A stretch of 61,364 nucleotides of DNA, counting the filler, from Porpidia crustulata (Eukaryota), in NCBI GenBank assembly GCA_964255105.1. It is 2 parts of 2 records of this genome, joined end to end, with 100 filler letters (N's around TTAATTAATTAA, not from the genome) between each part and the next. Parts side by side here need not be neighbours in the genome. Positions count along the whole stretch, not along the records: positions 30,840 to 61,364 come from CAXUWE010000020.1; 1 more part is not named here. One strand, written 5' to 3'. Under the pieces are notes generated by a model. The model was not told where the DNA came from. It saw only the letters and a program-made list of their open reading frames with translations, and searched no databases. The translations under genes and the position numbers were made by a program. Every line of letters starts with the position of its first letter. Positions within the stretch are counted from its first letter, which is position 1. Below are positions 48,201-61,364 of the stretch, piece after piece.

Positions 48201-50806
48201 TAAAGGCGGGACGAGAACGAGTTTCTAGTGCTTCGATGCGTGAATTGTGTTTGCCGGCATGCTTTCGAAGATTGTGACGCGGGTCATATGCAACAGTCTC
48301 TCCAATCCGCAGCTGCAACGATGCGGGCTAGGTGTTTGTCAAGCAAACCCAAGAAAGACAAGGAGCAGAGGTGCGCCTGAATGTGCTTCAACCCTGAATA
48401 AAAGGCGTAGAGAAGCTCCGATCATATTGATCTGGCCAGGGGAGAGTTATGTGAGGCAGTATTAGCATTTCTTGCCATCACTTTGATTACAGAGCTGGCG
48501 GAATACTATGTGAGGAAGTTGGTAGGATGGTAGGCATGTAGGGAGGCTTCTCTTATCTAATCCAGGCTCCGGAATACTCCACACCCAATACTCTAATAAT
48601 AATGGTGGACAGGGCTGAATGCACTGAGGTCATAAGGAGCCGAAACACACACTTTGGCCGCGTGGCTCTCGCATGTGTATTATAACCTTAAGTGCCAGGA
48701 TGACATCCATCGTCTATCGTCCGTCGTCCGGCATCCCATCATCCATGCATCTTCGCTGTCGCCCTTATGATGCTTCTATCACAATTAGTAGTACGACGCA
48801 GCGAGCATAAGGTACTATGAAGATGTTCTTACAGTAGTATCGTTGATCTGCCTTAACAGCCATCGTCCGACAAACCCGGCGATCGAGATCTTATCTCTTC
48901 GCCACGTCTCTCTTCCAATGAGTTGACTGCGCGACGACTAATTGAATGCCAGAGCACAAATCAATTGGCTTCGTCGTCAATCGTCACTAATTCCGTATCT
49001 AAGTTACGCTCGCCGTTCCCCTCTCACGGTCTTCCTTGCCCGCCCAGTGGTCGTGATAATCTCGCGCGGATCGTATTCAAATGGTCCGTTGTCCACTATT
49101 GGGCACATTGAGACAGAACTACTGGCTTCTGACATGCCATGAAAATACTACTAATGATGATTAATCATCATCTTCCAAACTCTCAAAATTGCCCCGGATC
49201 ACATCTGACATGGGTCCTCAACGCCCCAAAGGCGTTGCAATTGAGAGCTGACAAGCTCCCGCATGTGCCCCCATTCACCGCCATTTGCTCTTCAATTTGC
49301 TCTGACCAATCGCCACCCGTGAATCGGAAGTCCCCATGCTCGGGCTAAAGCCCTCGACTTTGCAAAGGATCAAAATGGTGCTTTAACTTTGAACATGCCA
49401 ACACGCCGTAATTGACGCTACCTCCTCTAGCCTCTCTTGCATGTCTTGGTAAGGCGTTTCCCGATGGAGCACCTGTTGCTTCAGCGACTGTACCGCTTAG
49501 CAAGATCATTCTTCTCGGTCTACCACTGCCAGTTGCTCATTACTTGACATCTGGTACGGTGGTACCTTTGGAGTTTGCCCTTAGTCGGGCCAAGGATCTC
49601 AATTCCCCGGGTGGCCTAAGGAACTTGGACCGGCTCCCCGGAGCGTCCTAAGTCGCTCATTTCCTCAGTACCTTTTTCCTGTGCCTACCCACTTCAGACT
49701 TAAAGCACGCTCTGGGCCAGCGAGCGACATCGTCCGGGACTTCTCTCAGTCTACGGTGGAGAGCGTCCCGGCAATCCGTTCCCCGCTAGTCTTCTAGTGT
49801 CAATAGTACACGGCTCTAAACGTGGATCGTCTACTATCTGTGTGACATCGCCACAGAACAGGGGGCTGCGACGGGCATGACTGGGTTGTCGGGTCTGGCT
49901 TTCAGGCTTTCAGTACCCGATAGTCAGGATGGATCGTCACGATCATGGGATCTGTCAACAGGGGCTTTCCATGGAACCATTCTACCGGGGCCACCCAACT
50001 CATAAAGGGGATAATAGCGGCACAGGGTGACAAGGTTGAAGGAAGCGTTGGAGAGTCACCACACTCACCGCACTCACCCCCCGAGAGGCTACTCAAGCAC
50101 CAAACTAAGTATTTTACTGCTGTTCCGACCCCCAGCTACTTCATCATTCTGTCAGGCTGAGCCCGAGGAAGAAGCCATGAAAGTAAGGCTCGAATAGTAT
50201 CTGTGTGATTGCATAATGAGGAGTCGTTGTCGTACGGGTCCGTAACATGAGATGATTACAACTAAGCTGTTAAGCCTGCCTATGTAAACGACCGCATCCC
50301 ATTTCCTTTAAGATGACGGACGACCTCCCAGATTCACCCACTCTAGTCTGCCCAGTAGAGGAAAGACTAGATACAACGGTACACGGAACCTAGGGTGCAG
50401 TAAGGCTCCCGAATCTCATTTGGATTGAACCTCATCAAGCAACTATTATTACCTTGCTTTTGTCACCGTCTTTTAACAGTTTTCTTCTGCTGTTACCCGC
50501 CTCTATTCTGTGCTATATCGACTTTGCTTCCCGTTGTAGGCACTAATGTACTCGGTCCTTACCTTTGCACACTGATTGCCTACTGTCCCGCCCGAGAGTT
50601 GGCTGTATCGCAGCTTCCTGGAAGCCATCTTACGTGCATTCCGCGTCTTTTTATTCTGGTCGTTGTACCGACGAAGTGGCACATACGCCGGGTTTGCAGA
50701 TCTGGTTCACTGTCTCGAAACCTTTATATTATCGAGGTAGCAGCGTCGTCATTCAATCTTGTTTGGGACACAAAATACGACGTATATTGAGAATCTGCAA
50801 ATCAGC

Positions 50807-52982
50807 ATGCTTTGCTCCGTCTTCTCCCGCCGTCGCTGTAGCGTGAGCGCTGCAGCGACGCCAGCCTTCCCNNNNNNNNNNTGTGGCCGCGTCGCGCCCC
50901 GGCGGTCGGTGTCGGGGGCGGGCCCCCCCCACGCCAGCCTTCCCTACGCAACAGCTTTTCGTATTAGGTAAGTTACTGTCTCGCTTGCTGCATCGACTGT
51001 AAGAGAATTTTATGCTGCACGAACCCTATAGCAGTCATCTATGACCGTGTGAAAGTGTGCTTTGCGCCGAAGACTAATGGCTGATCGTTCGGATAGCTCT
51101 TTGTCGTTTATGCGAGCCTATTGCATTCATGTCCATTTTCCCCTATGTCTATTACATGATTCGGTCCTTCGGGATTACTACCGACGATCGTCAAATCGCC
51201 GTGTATGCTGGCATGGTTACCTCGGCTTTTGCATTCGCAGAGTTCTCGACCGGGGTCATCTGGGGGAGGCTGAGCGACAAGGTGGGAAGAAAACCCGTTC
51301 TCATCATGGGCTTGATGGGGACAGCACTCAGCATGTTGGTATTTGGCTTTGCACCGAACCTACCCGTTGCTCTTCTCGGCAGGGCCTTGGGCGGACTTCT
51401 CAATGGGTATGGAGCTACTATTCGAGCCCAATGATCCAGAGGATAAATTAGCTTACGGTTCGGATCTAGGAATATAGGAGTTCTTCAGACCACTGTTGCC
51501 GAAATTGTCACTGTGAAGGAGCATCAGCGTAAGTCAGAAACTGATTTTTCGGGGCTCAGGTATTAACGTTGCACAGCTCGCGCCTATTCAATTATGCCCT
51601 TTGTCTGGTGCTTAGGGTAGGTCATCATGAACACCTTCGTAAACTATTAAAATAATTAACATGTGGAAGATCGATATTGGGTCCGGCACTTGGCGGTGCT
51701 TTGGCTCAACCATGCGTGAACTATCCAGCCTGGTTTGCGAGGGGGACAATCTTTGATCGGTATCCGTTCTTGCTTCCGAATCTCGTTTGTGCCATTATCC
51801 TAGCCTTTGGTGTCATGATCGGTGTATTGTTTCTTGAAGAAACTCATGAGCAGAAGAAAACTAGGCGTGACGTAGGCCTTGAGGTCGGTCAATGGATGCT
51901 TGGCCACTTCAGCACTCGAAAAGAATCGCCGTATTACGAAAAATCCCACGAGGTTCACGTTGAAGAGGCTCGGTTCTTGTTAGAGGAGGACCTACCACCA
52001 GGTTACTGTACTAGAGAAGGATCCCCTCGTTACCCCTTGTCCCGCGCTACATCACCCAATGCAAGCCACAAGGGTTGTAAAAGGGAGTGCGAAAGTAGAG
52101 TACAAAACAAACCCCGAGGCGCTCAAGCGGCATTTACAAAGCAAGTCATCTTGAACATAATCGGCTACGGGCTTCTGGCTTAGTGAGTGATCTCCTGAAA
52201 GTTCCATTGGTATGCCATGCTTATGACCCGACAGCCATTCGATTTCCTTCGACCAACTGATGCCAGTGTTTCTTAGCGAGCCGATATCGCAAGAGCCGCC
52301 ATCGCTCCCGTTCAAGTTCACTGGTGGCTTTGCTCTATCCTCCAAGACTATTGGCTTGTTACTGTCATTACAAGGGATTTATTCGATGATGGCCCAGATT
52401 GTCATTTTCCCACTTGCCGTCCGCCATTTTGGCTGCCTTAGTACGTTTCGCTTTGTCGTGATATCGTGGCCGATTCTCTATTTTCTGGTCCCCTATCTGG
52501 TCCTTCTCCCAGCACGCATTCAAATATTTGCCGTTTACTTCTGCCTCACGTGGAAAATCACTGCGCAAGTGCTCGCGTTCCCTTCGAATGCGATACTCCT
52601 CACCAACTCTGCTCCGTCAATGCTCGTTCTCGGTATCATCAACGGCGTCGCGGCATCTACGGCAAGCCTGATGCGAGCATTCGGCCCCACCATCACAGGC
52701 TTTGTCCACTCCTTGGGCTTAGAATTGGGTTACACTGTATTTGCATGGTGGGCCAGCGGCATTATCTGTCTTGTCGGTGCTGTAGAGAGTTTTTGGATGG
52801 TAGAGGGTAAAGGTAGGATGGATGAAGGGACCACAATTGATGAAGAAGCCAGCTCCATCGAACCCTTGATAGACACTAGTGCTGTTGATGCTGCACTGCT
52901 AGCTGCTGGCGGCTCAGGCGAAACACTTCCGGAAAGCGCATTCGCCACAACGGGAACACGATCTTCGGCCGAGCGAAGATGA
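50807..52982 (+). CDS. MFS transporter (YCR023C/ZIFL-like); introns 50968-51096, 51407-51469, 51529-51576, 51617-51669 and 52183-52234; exon 1 interrupted by a gap
   Basis: FPTQQLFVLALCRLCEPIAFMSIFPY, motif A WGRLSDKVGRKP, GPALGG and multiple TM segments. Confidence 0.88.
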
Positions 52983-53727
52983 ATTGGAGAACTAGAGTCT
53001 ATGGTCAAGCAAGGTGCCTCGCTGCTTGCACGAATTTATGAACATTCTTTAGCGTTACCTACATCGGGCTGAACGATATCGATACGGATCATTCGACCCG
53101 GCGTTCTATTCTAGAGGGGAAATTATAGAGATACAGACTGGGCGGCGCGTTTCTGCAAGACAGTCGTTATTCGAGCATTACGGCATCCACATGTACCTGT
53201 TTGTAATCTACTCGTCGTAAGGAAAATGAAGCCAGCTTCATTTTGCCTGGTGCCAAGGTGCAAGTTTTAAGCGTAAGATGATTCCGAGAGTAGACATGGG
53301 GCGGCAATCTGATCATGGAAGGGCTCAAGATGTGTGGAATAGGCGACGTATCTTAATTGCCCACCACCATATATAATAATGTCAAATGCCCAATAAAGCA
53401 GCGAATCAATTGTCGATGCCAGCCTGATAGCATAAGGCTGTTATCGAGGGCGAGCTCCCCATGCCACCTCATTGGTGCACAGTCGCAGTCACACTCACAC
53501 ACTGTGCGGGGCGGCCCATAATCCAATATTAATGTGAATGGGACTACCATCTGTGTACGCCCACCTATCTACGTTGCTCACTTGCACCGAAGGCGCTCGA
53601 GGCGTTCACGAAGCGCTTTAGACCCTGATACCCACGCTTCTCTAGCTATGGAAAAAGCATTATTATCGGCTGTCAGTATTTGATCTTATGCTCACACCCT
53701 CATCATGCTCGTAAATCTACACCTTGA

Positions 53728-56700
53728 ATGTCGTCCATGAAAGCTTCGAGCAACAAACGTCCTCGCTTAGCAGCATCTTCGGATGGCGTTAGAAGTCCGC
53801 CTGCACTGATCTCATCATTATCGTCCTTGTCCACCCCCAATCCCGCTGCCTCATCTTCGTTTCGCAATGTCTCGGCCTGTAACAGATGCAGGCAACGTAA
53901 GAATCGTTGCGATCAAAAGCTACCCTCGTGCTCGTCATGCGAAAAGGCGCGCGTCAAGTGCGTGGGGTTTGACCCCCTCACGAAAAGAGAGATCCCTCGA
54001 ACGTATGTCTATTATCTTGAAGGCCGGGTGAATTACCTCGAGACCCTGCTCTCGGAGAGGGGCATTACTTTCTCCACCGCTGAGGAGTTTGATCTCGGTT
54101 CGAGACCAGTCATCGATCAATCTACCGGTCTCTCACTACGCTCTGAGCAATCTGGTCCCGGTAATACTTCGAACGGTGGAAGGGATGGGCACACAGGCAG
54201 CCAGGATGCAGATTCCTCGAAGAAAATCTGGGGACAAAACCAAGATGAGTTGAATAGTCTCACCTCGAACATTGGTATGGTCTCTGTGCAAGGAGCGTCG
54301 GATCCACGTTATCTTGGCTCCACGTCTGGCATTTCATTTGCTCGAGTGGTCTTTGCAGCCGTCAGGAGCTCTGTGTCAGGGCCATCGAGTGACAAGGACG
54401 GGAAACGGATTGGCAACCCCGGGTCGATAGGTGCTGCGGCTGCTGCCAATGGAGCATCCAAAAGGGATCAATTTCTACGACTGCAGTCGAAGCCGACCAT
54501 AACGCCAGCTCCTTTCCCTAAAAAGTCCCTTGGGCTGCTTTTGGTCAATTTGTACTTCGAGCACGCCAATCCACAAATCCCAATTTTACATCGCGGCGAA
54601 TTTATGACGCTATTCAACAGAGCATATGCTGTGAAAGATGAAGTGCGTTCTGCACGGGAGCTTTACATGCTGAATATTGTATTTGCGATTGGTGCAGGCG
54701 TTATCTTCAAGGAGTCAGGTGCATCAGGATCACCAAATTCTACTCAAGCTTCATCTACCTTTCGTCAAGAATCTCACTTACCGGCCCTCAAGGAGAGAGA
54801 CTTCTCTAGTGAGCAGAAACAGCCAGAGGAGTACCACGCATCAGCAGTCCAGTATTTAGAGTCGTTAGGGTCCACTACGACAACCGACCAAGGATTCGGC
54901 GGTGGACTGGAAGAGCTACAGGCAGTCTTACTACTTGCAGGCTTCGCACTACTGCGACCTGTCTCTCCTGGCTTGTGGTATATAATAGGGTTCGCCGTAC
55001 GACTAGCAGTTGATCTCGGTCTACATTATGAGGATGGATCAAGTGTTGACAATGGTGGAGATGATGTCGATCCAGAAGATCATCCTGATATGGTTATGGA
55101 GGCAGCTGGAGGTCTCTCGGAAGCCGAAAACAAGAATATCGGATCCGAGGAACGGGGACGACGTCAATGGATTCGTGATCTTCGCCGCCGTTTGTGGTGG
55201 TGCGTATACTCATTCGACAGGCTTGTGAGTACATGCGTTGGACGGCCGTTTGGCATTACCGATGAGGTCATTACGACAGGTTCGTCAGCAAACCTGTGTT
55301 GCAGGACTATGCTTTGTATCTCATAATGCCTACAGGTTTCCCGTCCATCCTCGACGATGCCGACATAACGACCTCGGGCTTCAAGGTATCAGCTGATTTC
55401 AATGGTGCGAGCTACAAGCGAGTTTCACATCACTATTTCCGACTCCGACTCCTCCAGTCAGAGATACTCCATGTTTTACAGTATAGGCAGGCTCAAAAGG
55501 CTCACGAAAACGCAAGACACTGTAATCCGTACATGCATACCACAATGACTTCATCTTTTCTCCAACCGTTTGAGTCTTTCCATGGTTGGCGGCAAGATAT
55601 TGACCGACGGCTATTGCAATGGAAAAACGATGCGCCTTTACAAGAAGAAACGACAGTGGGATTCTCCGTACAATTCCTTGAACTGAATTACTGGCAGGCG
55701 TTGATCATGTTGTATCGCCAGAGCTTGAGTGTTCCACCATCTCTTGCAGGGCAGATCAATCCCTCGGAGGATGTGTTGACCCCAACTTCAGATAAAGAAG
55801 AACCGGAAGATGAAGAGGAGATTTATGCTAAGCTTGCAATTGCAGGGCGGAGAGTTTTAGAACTTTACCGTCAACTGCACCAGGTACATTTGGTCAATTA
55901 TACATATTTGGCAACCGTGCATATATTCATGGCCGGTAAGGTGTTAGATATGCTCCTCTTAGACGTGAGCTTATCGTCTTAGGTATTGCTTTCCTATATG
56001 CCCTTTGGCACTCAGCTTCGGTTCGTACCCAATTAGTCAGTAAACCTCGTCCACGCATGAACAATACCTGCTGAATTCATTCTAGACACACGAGGATGTG
56101 GAGTCCACCATCAGTGCCGCAATTTATATACTTGAAGACCTCATTGAAAAATGCCCGCCAGCGGAAGCATGTCGCGATGCTTTCCAACGGATGAGTAAAG
56201 CAACACTGAAGATGTGCGTCTCGACCACAGGGTTTGGATCACGAGCCGCCGATTCTTATCAGAACTCGCACGCAGCAGCGTATGGCAATGGGGTGCCGTC
56301 TTTGACACCCGAAAGGGACTTCCACCCCTACAAAGACTTCCAACGGACTTCTCGACCGTCTCCTGGTTTCGACATGAACCTTCAGGTCCTTTACCCTGAA
56401 CATAGCCAAGATGACCACTCATATAGCGGTAGCGTGGATGGATGGTCAGACAGCATCCAGCCAAGCATGGATCCCAGCACGTCATCGCCGTCAGTACAGC
56501 ATCAAGGACGCTCGAAAGTACCAAGCCAGCAAGGCGAATATTACTCAAACCCAACCCAGCCCCCGCCACCCTTATTTACAGATGCGCCTTTCATGACTGA
56601 TAACGTCCCTGATGATTTCTACGACTTTACATCGAATGATTTTGACTTCTTAGCGATCGACAATGAGACCATGCCCATGTACCAGGGGAACTCCGGACTA

Positions 56701-56808
56701 CATCTTGGCTATGATGCCGAGCATGATTGGTCCGAGGGAGCCCAGACGGAGCTGTTTGGCGATTTCTTTTTCGGTGGAGTGGGGAATATAGCTAGCGCTG
56801 GACAATGA
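53728..56808 (+). CDS. uaY: Zn(II)2Cys6 transcription factor, positive regulator of purine utilisation (UaY/Ppr1 family); introns 55280-55335, 55936-55982 and 56036-56085
   Basis: FRNVSACNRCRQRKNRCDQKLPSCSSCEKARVKCVGFDPLTKREIPRTYV cluster, YLGSTSGISFARVV and the middle homology region RRRLWWCVYSFDR. Confidence 0.88.
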
Positions 56809-57209
56809 GTCCTCGTTCCAACCCCGAACAGGGAGACGATCAGGAGAAGTCTCGGCATGGGTTTCCATCTCCAATATCGCTCTCTCCACCCTTAGATCTA
56901 TCTAGTCTTAGATCTACGAAACAAAAAGCCTCCTTCCATAATATTTCATGATTACTTCACTTCACGACGGACGCATATGAAACCCTGTGTCTATCCCTGA
57001 GCTCAAAGGAAAACCGTCCATCTTGAGTAAAGGAGTCGCGCAAAGGGTTAGTGCGTAAAGACCCAATGGGTTGTCTGAAGGGAATCAAGCACTTAAGAAG
57101 TGTCGATTAGCGATGGCTAAGGCTCTAACTTCAAAGACGCCTAGCGTATCCGGACAGTGGTGTGCAAGTACCTAGGTATGTTCTAAAGAAGTCTCATGTA
57201 CGACTCTGA

Positions 57210-58259
<1,050 letters not shown>

Positions 58260-58712
58260 TACCCAAGTCCTCAAAGTATTTCAAACCGGTCAGAGCGGAT
58301 TGAGTCCTCTACATGGACGGCTTGTTATCTCGGACATCATGGTATCCAGGCCCTGTGCAGCCTTACTGAAATAGTCTCACCAGCTGTCTTTCATCGCAGA
58401 GGCGTTGGTTCTAAGCTCTTGGGTACTGCGCATTGTGATGCTCTCGGCCGTTTTCTCGGTTTCCGCAAAATTCGATTGTATGGACTAACGGTTCCGAAGC
58501 TTCGGACCATATGGAGGCAATCAATTGGTTTGGAGGACTATCTTTGTATTTAAAGCCTTGTAATCATGGTAGGGGTCGAGTGTGCTGTTCTATCGCCGAA
58601 GGTTAGATGCGAAGCCAAGACGAATTTACATTTAGCGGCAAGCCCCTGACAGAGGCCTCCGTGGGCGACAACAGGTCAACGTCTTCCATTATCGCCTGGT
58701 CCACAACCAAAC

Positions 58713-60088
58713 ATGCTTCTTCTTCCGCTTCTGGCGGTTGTCGTCGTCGAAGCAGGTGCAACTAAGCTTGCCGGCACACTAGATTTTTCGAATGGGGTAC
58801 CGGCAGCCAAGATCAGTACCATCGACCAAGGCTCAAACGTCATCGTGAAGCTTGACTGCCCCGGATGCCCGTTCCTCGTGCGCGATGCTCCAGGGTATGG
58901 TGAAGTATCGGAAGTACCGTCGAGACCCAATTCATTAGTACGTACAGGGCTTATCTACGCCTACACAACTCATGAGAAACAGCGACTAATGGTAAATAGA
59001 TGCTTAATTTCTCGACATCCCACGATAAGTCATCACTGCTTCTCAATGACAACCCTTACTTTCCCCTGGAGTGGCCTCGTGAAGAAAGTCGGTACCTCGG
59101 CATCCCATTACCCTCACCCACCCCGTTTTATGCCTGGCAAGTACAAGCCAATATAAGCGCAGAATGGCTCGATCGCATTTATCCACCTGGTTTTGATAGC
59201 TATGGTCGCCCACTAGGTACAGATATGGGAGGGTTTGAGCTAGCTTATGAATATGTGCTTTTCCCTGCTCGTGATCCAGAGAACATTCTTATCTTGTTCG
59301 AACTTATTGGCATTAGCGATGGGTATGTGGATCATCAAGTGGATATGAATTTCTTGGCTGCGAATCGAACGCAAGAAACAGTGCAGATTGTCCTAACGAG
59401 AGATAAACAGACGGGCATTTTAAGTTTGGCAGCTGTGGAACTTGTTTTAAAACTTGAATCGAAAGACGCTACATATACTTTGGGCGGAGAGTTCAATCGC
59501 AGAATAGATCTGCAAGCATCTGAACCGAAAATGACAAGCTATATTCCACGGGAGTGGAGTGTGTGTGGTCATCAGGATGACCACACTCGCCAACTCCTCT
59601 GTACTCTCGGATATTGGTGGTCTGACAAGGGGGAATTGATTGCAATCATTGTCGGAAGCGTCATCGGAGGTATCTCCGTCTTGGCTGGTCTCTGCTATAT
59701 TGTATGGCTTCTTATAAAGGCCGATGGAACGTCCGCGGAATACGTGGAGAATCTACGACGGGATGATGAGGCGGCGAGGTTGATCGATGCAGGCGACCTA
59801 CTAGACGACACACAAGCTTATCCGCCAGAGAAGGTCCAAGATCCACGACAAGGCGACTTGGCTATATTCTTAGACGACAAATGCGGATTAGGAGAAGCTG
59901 GCTTTCATACCGCCAGAGAAAGAACCGAGTCGAAGCCTTTACCACAATTACCCTCGAAATCTGAATCCCCTCGTGCGTGGCACATGCCTATTCATGGCCA
60001 TTTCGTGTCAAGTAGTCTCGAAGAAGGTTCCGAGAACGAGGACAGCCAATTCGGACCCTTCATGCATAACGCCGGAGATTCTGCTTGA
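58713..60088 (+). CDS. Putative type I membrane protein (signal peptide, CPGCP motif, one TM, cytosolic tail); intron 58938-58999
   Basis: MLLLPLLAVVVVEA signal, KLDCPGCPF and TM LIAIIVGSVIGGISVLAGLCYIVWLLI. The intron joins NSL to MLNF in frame. Confidence 0.75.
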
Positions 60089-60661
60089 TGTTCTCCGAGT
60101 GTCCCTAGTCCATTCTATGGGATTTTGGATACGACAATTGATCCCAATATGTTTGCGAAAGTCGATCTAATAACATATAGACTACAATATTCGAAATGGC
60201 ATCAGGAAGAGGCTGCTACTATAGGCGGTTCTGTAATGTACTCTAGGCAATCCTCTGTAGGTCTACATGAAAGCTCTGGCTCCGAAATTTATGTGGCCGG
60301 TAGCATCGCCAAATTTATCGCATCAAGCTTCCTTGTCAAAAGCTCACCCTCTCGTAATTGACCATTCACCCATTCGAACGCTCATAAACCTACTTGAAGA
60401 AACAAACTATCATAGAGGATAAAGTGGCAATTGATTCTCGGGTCTATCGCATGTGGAATTTCAAAAATTACGTAAACCGAGTCGATCCAAGAGAAGCTTT
60501 TCGTACACGTCTGTGCAACTCCCGATGCAGTTCCTCATCGTAACTAGATCCGGAAATCTATGATAAAAAGATGATCCAAGTGGTAAGCCAGCAGACTTCG
60601 ATATAACATTGAGCTGATATACCGACACGCCGTGTTACTTGCGCCTTCATCCTGGAGAAAT

Positions 60662-61054
60662 ATGCGCATTACCAATCCCGCGGTGAGCAGAGTCCGACTG
60701 CATTTCGGACTGCATACTATACAAACGCATTACCCAGCTGGGGTTTATGTGGGAGACCTTGCCAATATCTCGAGAGTGTCGACGCTGAGAGTGTCGACGC
60801 TACAGCCTTTGCGGGTAGTTATAAACAATGATCCAGTGGCACCAGTCTACCGAGTTGCAAATTGGAAAGGCTGGTATACTTTGGAGGACCATGAGTCGGG
60901 AAATGGAATTCGTCAATATACGTTGCACTGCGTTGGCAGATACTGTCGAGAAAAGCTTGGGTGTCGTGGATTGGGAAAGGTTGAATTGGTGAACTGCGAA
61001 GACAGTGTGTGGTGGAAATATCCTATCTTCCATTCTTTTGTATTTTTATGTTAA
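60662..61054 (+). CDS. Possible small orphan ORF or gene fragment
   Basis: Open frame of about 130 codons containing an in-frame 15-bp duplication; no family recognised. Confidence 0.25.
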   Translation: MRITNPAVSRVRLHFGLHTIQTHYPAGVYVGDLANISRVSTLRVSTLQPLRVVINNDPVAPVYRVANWKGWYTLEDHESGNGIRQYTLHCVGRYCREKLGCRGLGKVELVNCEDSVWWKYPIFHSFVFLC

Positions 61055-61364
61055 AAAATGTGATACTATATCTACTTATCAAGCATTCACGCGCCACCAA
61101 CGTCCCCTCTGATCATGATTGTGTGTCGTCTTCCTCGTTCATATCCCTTGAGCTATCTCGAAGTACTCATAAGCGCCCGTTTTGACATCAACAAAGCCGC
61201 TGAAAATGGTATGTGTATACTCTGTACAGAAACATGAACGTCCGAGCTATTAAGCCATGGGCTAGACTTTAATGGCAGCTTCATAATGGTTTTGCGGCGC
61301 CACCCAGATGAGGACTGTGGTACTGGAGGCTAGGTGACATCTCTCCCTAACCCCAACCACCTCT

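Noticed and set aside
50807..56808. MFS plus Zn2Cys6 pair as a secondary-metabolite cluster
   Set aside because: There is no backbone or tailoring enzyme, and the factor is the conserved purine regulator UaY.

Overview
Gene-dense eukaryotic DNA from a filamentous ascomycete (Pezizomycotina). Evidence: short spliceosomal introns with CTRAY branch sites, a Zn2Cys6 factor and a TOK channel; a lichen-forming lineage is only a guess. About 20 protein genes are present, mostly housekeeping: SPO7, a CLD1/ICT1-like hydrolase, a TatD-family protein, CTF18, a BTB protein, TOK1, ETF-alpha, RSC8/SWI3, RRN5, IRC3, an F-box protein, MSS116, a class II aldolase, NCL1/TRM4, an MFS transporter, uaY/PPR1 and DPM1. 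There is also an intron-containing tRNA-Glu(CTC) and three assembly gaps. Gene calls come from recognised motifs and manual splicing, with no database search. I see no convincing novel multi-gene system. The most notable structure is two abutting TA-flanked MITE-like foldback elements inside a GAGTACTC-rich palindromic site (13464-13884); one carries two telomeric repeats in its loop. Other points: a GC-AG intron, a probable frameshift in RRN5, an HTH-like orphan ORF, a 5.5-kb unexplained non-coding interval starting with a structured hairpin, and an assembly artefact inside the MFS gene.
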